Part shown: positions 14,847 to 20,015 of the stretch, piece after piece
Layout of the letters: every line of letters begins with the position of its first letter
Numbering within the stretch: the first letter of the stretch is position 1
From: Candidatus Eiseniibacteriota bacterium
Lineage (GTDB): Bacteria > Eisenbacteria > RBG-16-71-46 > JABDJR01 > JAWXBZ01
Assembly (NCBI GenBank): GCA_034440375.1
Contig: JAWXBZ010000153.1
Location: 1 to 20,015 of the forward strand
Length of the DNA: 20,015 nucleotides
Reading direction: 5' to 3'
Notes under the pieces: generated by a model
Databases searched by the model: none
Seen by the model: only the letters and a program-made list of their open reading frames with translations
What the model was told of the DNA's origin: nothing
Position numbers and translations under genes: made by a program

Positions 14847-15869
14847 CTACTTGTACGCAATCCCCGCGCTGGCCGGCCCGTGCAGGTGAATCACCTCGAA
14901 GCGCGTGAAGCCGGCTTCCTGGCACCAGGAAAAGAAGTCGGCGGCGGTGTAGTCGAAGGCGTCGCCGAATTCGATCAGCATATTCAATGACATCATGAGG
15001 CCGAACACGTTTTCGCGCCGGGCGTCGTCGATCAGCGCCTCGATCACGACAAGCGCGCCGCCTTTTGGCAGGGCGTCGTAGGCGGCCTTGATCAACTGTT
15101 TCTTCTTTGGCAAATCCCAGTCGTGCAGGATCATTCCCATCGTGATGACATCGGCCATCGGCAGGGGGTCGGCAAAGAAATCGATGGCCCGGGCCGACAC
15201 GCGCTCCGAGAGGCCGGCCGCCGCAATTTTCTTTTCGGCAATCGCCGTAACTTCCGGAAGATCGGCGGACAGGCACTTGAGATGGGGATGTCGCGCGGCC
15301 ACGAGGCAACTGAGTTGCCCGCTGGCGCCGCCGACGTCGCAGAGTGTGCGGTACTTCGAGAAGTCGAACTTCTCGGCAAGTGCCTGGAAGTTCACCGCGG
15401 AGATGCCGCTCATCGCGTCCAGAAACTGTTCCAGACGCTTTGGTGAACTGTACAGCTCCGCGAACATGGGTGCTCCGGTATGCCGGATCTCGTTCTGGGG
15501 TTTGCCGGTTCGAAGCGCCTCGGTCAGATCGCCCCAGAAGCCGTACAGGCGAGAGTTGACCATCTCAAGAAATCCACCCATGTACGACGGCTTGGCCGTG
15601 TCGAGAAAGGTACCCGACTCCTCCGAATTTCGATACTGGGCTGTCGGCCCGTCGCCGTCGCGCTCGAGAAATTTCATTGCGACCAGGGCATCGAAGAAGT
15701 CCGGATTTGAACGGGCATGCAGCCCGAGCGCGTGCCGTAATTCCTCACCGGTCATTTTTTTCGTGCCGAGCGTCGTGAACAGGTCCAGTTCCATGGCTGA
15801 CAGCAACGTCTTGGCCGGCCAGAAGGCCATGGCCGTCTGCATGATGCGATCGGGCGTGACGGGGGTCAT
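14847..15869 (-). CDS. SAM-dependent O-methyltransferase with an N-terminal dimerisation domain (Methyltransf_2 family)
   Basis: AKTLLSAMELDLFT winged-helix N-terminus, CDVGGASG motif I, DFFADPLP.ADVITMGMILHDW, YDALPKGG. Confidence 0.93.
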   Translation of the reverse strand: MTPVTPDRIMQTAMAFWPAKTLLSAMELDLFTTLGTKKMTGEELRHALGLHARSNPDFFDALVAMKFLERDGDGPTAQYRNSEESGTFLDTAKPSYMGGFLEMVNSRLYGFWGDLTEALRTGKPQNEIRHTGAPMFAELYSSPKRLEQFLDAMSGISAVNFQALAEKFDFSKYRTLCDVGGASGQLSCLVAARHPHLKCLSADLPEVTAIAEKKIAAAGLSERVSARAIDFFADPLPMADVITMGMILHDWDLPKKKQLIKAAYDALPKGGALVVIEALIDDARRENVFGLMMSLNMLIEFGDAFDYTAADFFSWCQEAGFTRFEVIHLHGPASAGIAYK

Positions 15870-15954
15870 CGGTTCAGGCTCCCTGGGATTGGAATTGTGG
15901 TATCGACTGTCGGTCCCGGCCGATGGAACTTCGCTGGCCGGGATCAGCTGGTGA

Positions 15955-16191
15955 TTAGAAACGCCAGGGCGCCTTGGAACGGCCCACCGTTCCGTGCTCT
16001 TCCATGAGCGATGCGAACTGTCCCCAGGTCAGGCGCCGCTTGTTGGCCACGAGTCCCCCCGGAAGCCATTCCAGATTGCCCCGGCTGACCACCAGCGTCC
16101 CCAGCTTTTCAGTGCCCGATTTGACGAAGATCTCGAAATCCTTCGGCCCGACAACGGCCGAATCTATCTTGACTCTCACTTCGTTGGCCAT
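15955..16191 (-). CDS. Small hypothetical protein (78 aa)
   Basis: SD AAGGAG 6 nt before ATG 16191. Protein-like sequence MANEVRVKIDSAVVGPKDFEIFVKSGTEKLGTLVVSRGNLEWLPGG...RLTWGQFASLMEEHG. Fills the gap between co-oriented genes. Confidence 0.75.
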   Translation of the reverse strand: MANEVRVKIDSAVVGPKDFEIFVKSGTEKLGTLVVSRGNLEWLPGGLVANKRRLTWGQFASLMEEHGTVGRSKAPWRF

Positions 16192-16332
16192 GTCGAGCTC
16201 CTTGGAAGATGGGAAGGGGGTCAACCACGGCAACGAGGCACCCGGAAATTCCGGAGCTTCATGCGGTTCCGGGGCCATTCTAACCCAATATCGGCCTCCC
16301 CGCCGGGCTTCCGACCTGTCCGCCCGACCTTC

Positions 16333-17970
16333 CTAACCCAGAGTCTCCATCAGCCACCCTTGCGGAACCGACCCCTGCGTCAGCATCCAGCGATGGAATT
16401 GCTTGAGCGTGCCTCCGGGATTCATTGCCATCCAGGCATCGCGCAAGGCCAGGGTTTTCCCCTTGCCCAGCAGATAGCTCATCGGTGTGCCGGGACTCTG
16501 GGTGTACCAGTTCAGCTCGGTCCTGGCCCTCATGGGTGTGAAGCCAACTTCCTTCTGCAGCATCAGGACGGCCTCGTCGACGGTCATCTCTCCCGACTGG
16601 ACACTGGAATCGATGACGATACGGCACGCGCGCCAGAGCTGATCGTTCAGGTAGCCGAGTTCGTACACCTTGCTGGGATACCAGCCGAGTTCAACCATCA
16701 GTTGTTCGCAATACAGGGTCCAACCTTCCATGAAAATGATGTGGTCGGCCAGCTTGCGAATCAGCGAGGGGGCCTGGTTGGCCCAGCAGAGCTGCACGTG
16801 GTGACCGGGATAGGCTTCGTGCGCACAGGTTGGATCCACCGGAAAGTGCTGGGCCACGTTGGCCAGATATTCGGCCTTCGGCAGGGACTTCGGCGGGTCA
16901 CTGACGTAAAAGATGCCGACCTGGCGCTTGTCCAGCGGGCCCGGGGCCGAGTAGGCCGCGGTTGGCAGCATCGGGCGCAGAAAGGATGGCGTCGAGATGA
17001 CATCGCATGACTCGCCCGGAGGCAGATCGAGGATCCCTTCATTCACGAGGCGATCCCGTAGCTCGAACGTGACACGCTGGTATTCGGCCAGCATGTCGGG
17101 TCCGGTTTCGGCCCAGCGACGATTCTCGCGGTCGATGATCTGGCCCGGCGTGGCATCGGGATCAATCTCCTTTGCCAGGCGGCCCTGGGCGGCCTTCAGC
17201 TCTTTGATTTGCTTCCGGCCGTACTCGCGCACCTCGTCGATGCTGTCGGAAAGTCCATGGTTATACCGGATCATGTCGGTTAGAGCCGCCCGACCGATGG
17301 CCGGGTCGGTGGAGAGCTTCTTGTCCCTTAGTTCCTTCAGCCATGAGCCGTACATCTCCAGCGCCGGTGCCGCCTGGCTCACCGCCGCATCAAGGCGCGA
17401 GGCCAGCCCGGGGTGCTTTTCCTTGACACCGTCGGCCAACTCCTTGAGGAACGGAGCACCGCCGTCAGCGGCTTCAATGCCGACGTCCACCCACAGGGCC
17501 ACCGGGTCGTCGAGGCGCGAGATCACGGCATCGAGGTAGGCGGGCACTTGTTCCATGCGCGCGATCATCGCCTCGGCTGTTTCTTTCGAATCGACATCGC
17601 GGCGCATGAGGAGGTAAAAGAGGCTGGTCACGACCGAGTCGGCCGGTTCAGCCGGATTGCGGCGCCAGTTTCTTATCGTGCCGATGTTGAGGATGGCGAC
17701 GCGAAGCTGGGCCTCGAATTCCTTGCGATCGAGCACTTCATCGTGTCCGGCGTCGGCGACCGGAGCGGGAATGGCCTCGAGCTGCGTCAGCGTCTGGCGC
17801 GCGTCCGCGAGGGCGTCTTCCATGAGGCCGGCATCGGGGGTTTCGAGACGGGCGTCGTATTCGGTCAGGCCGACGATCGAGCCGATCGAGGGAAACCGGT
17901 CCCAGTTGCGGCGATGGTAGGACTCGGCCAGTGCTGTCAGCCGGTCGTGATTCGGCGAATTCGGCATCAT
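16333..17970 (-). CDS. DUF885 family protein (HEXXXXHH metallopeptidase-like)
   Basis: SD AAGGAG. Motifs AHEAYPGHHVQ, FMEGWTLYCEQLM, QLWRACRIVIDSSVQ, ELNWYTQSPGTPMSYLLGK, LKQFH. Confidence 0.9.
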   Translation of the reverse strand: MMPNSPNHDRLTALAESYHRRNWDRFPSIGSIVGLTEYDARLETPDAGLMEDALADARQTLTQLEAIPAPVADAGHDEVLDRKEFEAQLRVAILNIGTIRNWRRNPAEPADSVVTSLFYLLMRRDVDSKETAEAMIARMEQVPAYLDAVISRLDDPVALWVDVGIEAADGGAPFLKELADGVKEKHPGLASRLDAAVSQAAPALEMYGSWLKELRDKKLSTDPAIGRAALTDMIRYNHGLSDSIDEVREYGRKQIKELKAAQGRLAKEIDPDATPGQIIDRENRRWAETGPDMLAEYQRVTFELRDRLVNEGILDLPPGESCDVISTPSFLRPMLPTAAYSAPGPLDKRQVGIFYVSDPPKSLPKAEYLANVAQHFPVDPTCAHEAYPGHHVQLCWANQAPSLIRKLADHIIFMEGWTLYCEQLMVELGWYPSKVYELGYLNDQLWRACRIVIDSSVQSGEMTVDEAVLMLQKEVGFTPMRARTELNWYTQSPGTPMSYLLGKGKTLALRDAWMAMNPGGTLKQFHRWMLTQGSVPQGWLMETLG

Positions 17971-18004
17971 CTCTCCTTGGCCGTTCGACGGCCGGGGCGA
18001 CAGA

Positions 18005-20014
18005 TCAGGGATTCAGGAATCGGGCCAGCCAGGCGTGCACTTCGCCATACCAGTGGCGTGAGTTCCGCGGCTGAAGGATCCAGTGATTTTCGTCGGGATA
18101 GGACACCAGGCGGGCCGGGACTCCCTTGGCCTTGAGCACTCCGTACACTTCCAGCCCCTGTGTGGCCGGAACACGATAGTCGTTATCGCCATGCAGGACC
18201 AGCATGGGGGAGTTGAACCCGCTCGCGAATCGGGCGGGACTTGCTCGGTCGATGTTCTCGATCCCGTTCCACGGCTCACCGCCATACGCCATGGCCCGGC
18301 CCTGGCTGACGTCGCTGGCGTACTGGGCGTGCAGGTCGTATACACCGGCGTGATTCACCAGGCACGCAAAGCGATCAGTGTGACCGGCGATCCAGGTGAC
18401 CAGGTAGCCGCCGTAAGAGCCGCCGGCGGCGGCCATCCGCCCTTCGTCAATGAATCCGAGTTTGAGGATCTCGTCGGTGGCCGCCATGATATCCGCGAAC
18501 GGTTTCGTCGGATGATCCCCCGTGATCGATGCGGCAAATGCCTGGCCCCAGGATGTCGAGCCGTGGAAGTTGACCATGGCCACGACGTAGCCGGGAGCCG
18601 CGAACAGGTGGCCGTTCCAGCGCCAGTGAAACTGATCACCGGATATGCCATGCGGGCCGCCGTGGATGACGTGGACCAGCGGGTATTTCTTCGATGGATC
18701 GAAGCCGGGCGGATAAATGAGATACATCTGCACCGGGGCGCCATCGGCGCCCTGGAACGTGTTCGCCTCGACCCGGCCGAAATCGAGCGCAGAAAGCCGC
18801 TCGTCATTGAAGCAGGTCCGCTTCCGGGGAGTCCCGCCGGGCTTGTCCAGGACATGCAGCTCGACCGGATGGGAGTGGTCCTGATACTGATACCAGAGCC
18901 GCCCGTCCCGGGCCGGCGCCGCGCCGCTGACCACGCCACCCTTGACGAGGATCGTCGGTTCGCCCGTCGGTCGGGGCGGCATCGTGAAGAGGGCCTGTCG
19001 CCCCTCCTGTTCGGCCGTGATCCAGATGCTGCTGCCGTCGGGGTGCCAGTCCCAGCCGGCGAGCGAGCGATCCCACTCTTCCGTCAGCACTTCATGCCGT
19101 CCCGTAGTCACGTCATAGCGCGCCAGGCGCACGCGATCAGCATAGAAGTAGAGATCGGTGTCGCGGCCGTAAAGGATTGAGGCCCCGTCAGGGGAGTAGC
19201 GAGGCTTCACGTCGTTGCCGGGGTTGTCCTTCGTGATATTGGTGAGGACGCCTCCGCGCAGGATGCCGTCGGCATCTCGCGAGAGCTTGACGACAAACAG
19301 ATCCCAGTTCAGGACCTGGTGCGGCGCCAGGCTTGAGTCAGCCGAGAAGACCAGTTCCGAACCGTCGGGGGCCAGGTCGTACTGGCCGTTCGGCTCCATG
19401 AAGTCGAACCAGTGGGTCGAATCGGGCGTCAGGTCGGAGAGGACGCGCGACTCGATGTCGATGGCGAAGAGATGGGGCACCTCGCCGCCGGTGAGCCAGC
19501 GATCCCAGAAGCGGAAGACACGGTCTTCGGTGACGCGGGCTTTGACGGTCTCCTGCTCGCGGGTTGCCAGAAGGCGGCGGGTGTTGGCGATGGTCTCGGG
19601 CTCGGGGGGTGCTGATTCAGTCGGCGCGGTCGTCGTGGCGGTTGGTGGAGTTCCGGTGGTGATGGGGGCTTTGGCGTCCGGCACTGGCGTGGCCAGTGCC
19701 GGCTTCAATTGGTGGATGACGGGAGACACCAGCAACACCCGCGTGCCATCCGGAAACCATTTCGGGTCGCCTGCGCCGAGCGGCAGATCGGTCAATTTCT
19801 CCGCTTCGCCGCCGCCGAGCGGCATCCGGTAGATTTGCGGCTTCTCGCCGTCCTTGCGACGGACGAATGCCAGCCATTGGCCGTCCGGTGAAAAGGCTGG
19901 CTGGTCGCTTGAGACATCCGACGCCGTTAACGGCGTCGGAGGCAAATCAACCGCCGGTATGCGCCAGAGGCGTGTCCGCCCCTTGTTGGCCGCCATGTCG
20001 TACGTCGTGACCGG
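18005..20014 (-). CDS. S9 family serine peptidase (prolyl oligopeptidase/acylaminoacyl peptidase) with PD40 propeller repeats, 5'-truncated by the window edge
   Basis: Frame is open to the window end (PVTTYDMAANKGRTRLW). PD40 repeats (PAFSPDG, PKWFPDG, PRYSPDG). IHGGPH, GGSYGG nucleophile, HGDNDYRV Asp, YPDENHW His. Confidence 0.95.
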   Translation of the reverse strand, partial: PVTTYDMAANKGRTRLWRIPAVDLPPTPLTASDVSSDQPAFSPDGQWLAFVRRKDGEKPQIYRMPLGGGEAEKLTDLPLGAGDPKWFPDGTRVLLVSPVIHQLKPALATPVPDAKAPITTGTPPTATTTAPTESAPPEPETIANTRRLLATREQETVKARVTEDRVFRFWDRWLTGGEVPHLFAIDIESRVLSDLTPDSTHWFDFMEPNGQYDLAPDGSELVFSADSSLAPHQVLNWDLFVVKLSRDADGILRGGVLTNITKDNPGNDVKPRYSPDGASILYGRDTDLYFYADRVRLARYDVTTGRHEVLTEEWDRSLAGWDWHPDGSSIWITAEQEGRQALFTMPPRPTGEPTILVKGGVVSGAAPARDGRLWYQYQDHSHPVELHVLDKPGGTPRKRTCFNDERLSALDFGRVEANTFQGADGAPVQMYLIYPPGFDPSKKYPLVHVIHGGPHGISGDQFHWRWNGHLFAAPGYVVAMVNFHGSTSWGQAFAASITGDHPTKPFADIMAATDEILKLGFIDEGRMAAAGGSYGGYLVTWIAGHTDRFACLVNHAGVYDLHAQYASDVSQGRAMAYGGEPWNGIENIDRASPARFASGFNSPMLVLHGDNDYRVPATQGLEVYGVLKAKGVPARLVSYPDENHWILQPRNSRHWYGEVHAWLARFLNP

Positions 20015-20015
20015 C

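Noticed and set aside
9755-15869. Radical SAM plus methyltransferase plus peptidases as a RiPP or secondary-metabolite cluster
   Set aside because: The radical SAM enzyme is a canonical MoaA with the C-terminal GG motif. No precursor peptide or dedicated exporter is evident, and separate promoters split these genes.
15088-19832. Plus-strand ORFs 15088-15954, 15994-17010, 17413-18135, 18083-19180 and 19215-19832
   Set aside because: Antisense to confidently identified genes, with no recognisable domains.

Overview
High-GC (roughly 65% by eye) chromosomal window from a diderm bacterium. Secreted proteins ending in FlgD-Ig/T9SS-type-A-like domains suggest the FCB neighbourhood, e.g. Eisenbacteria/Latescibacteria/Krumholzibacteria-like lineages (inference only). 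Almost all genes are on the minus strand. The main feature is an unambiguous cobalamin riboswitch (8029-8212, -) heading a tightly coupled four-gene operon: a secreted YncE/BtuG-like beta-propeller with a C-terminal sorting-type domain, a BtuB-like TonB-dependent receptor, a second unrelated secreted seven-repeat propeller with the same kind of tail, and a YncE/BtuG-like lipoprotein paralogous to the first gene. This looks like a B12-capture system with both exported and lipid-anchored binding proteins. The rest comprises a GT2 glycosyltransferase (5'-partial), a HEXXH/TPR protein, a vapBC-type toxin-antitoxin pair with a visible promoter/operator, a small outer-membrane beta-barrel, moaA coupled to a GAF-PP2C phosphatase, doxX, a truncated tam remnant, cstA flanked by REP-like palindromes, an O-methyltransferase, a 78-aa hypothetical, a DUF885 protein and an S9 peptidase (5'-partial). 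No rRNA, tRNA, CRISPR array or transposase was seen.
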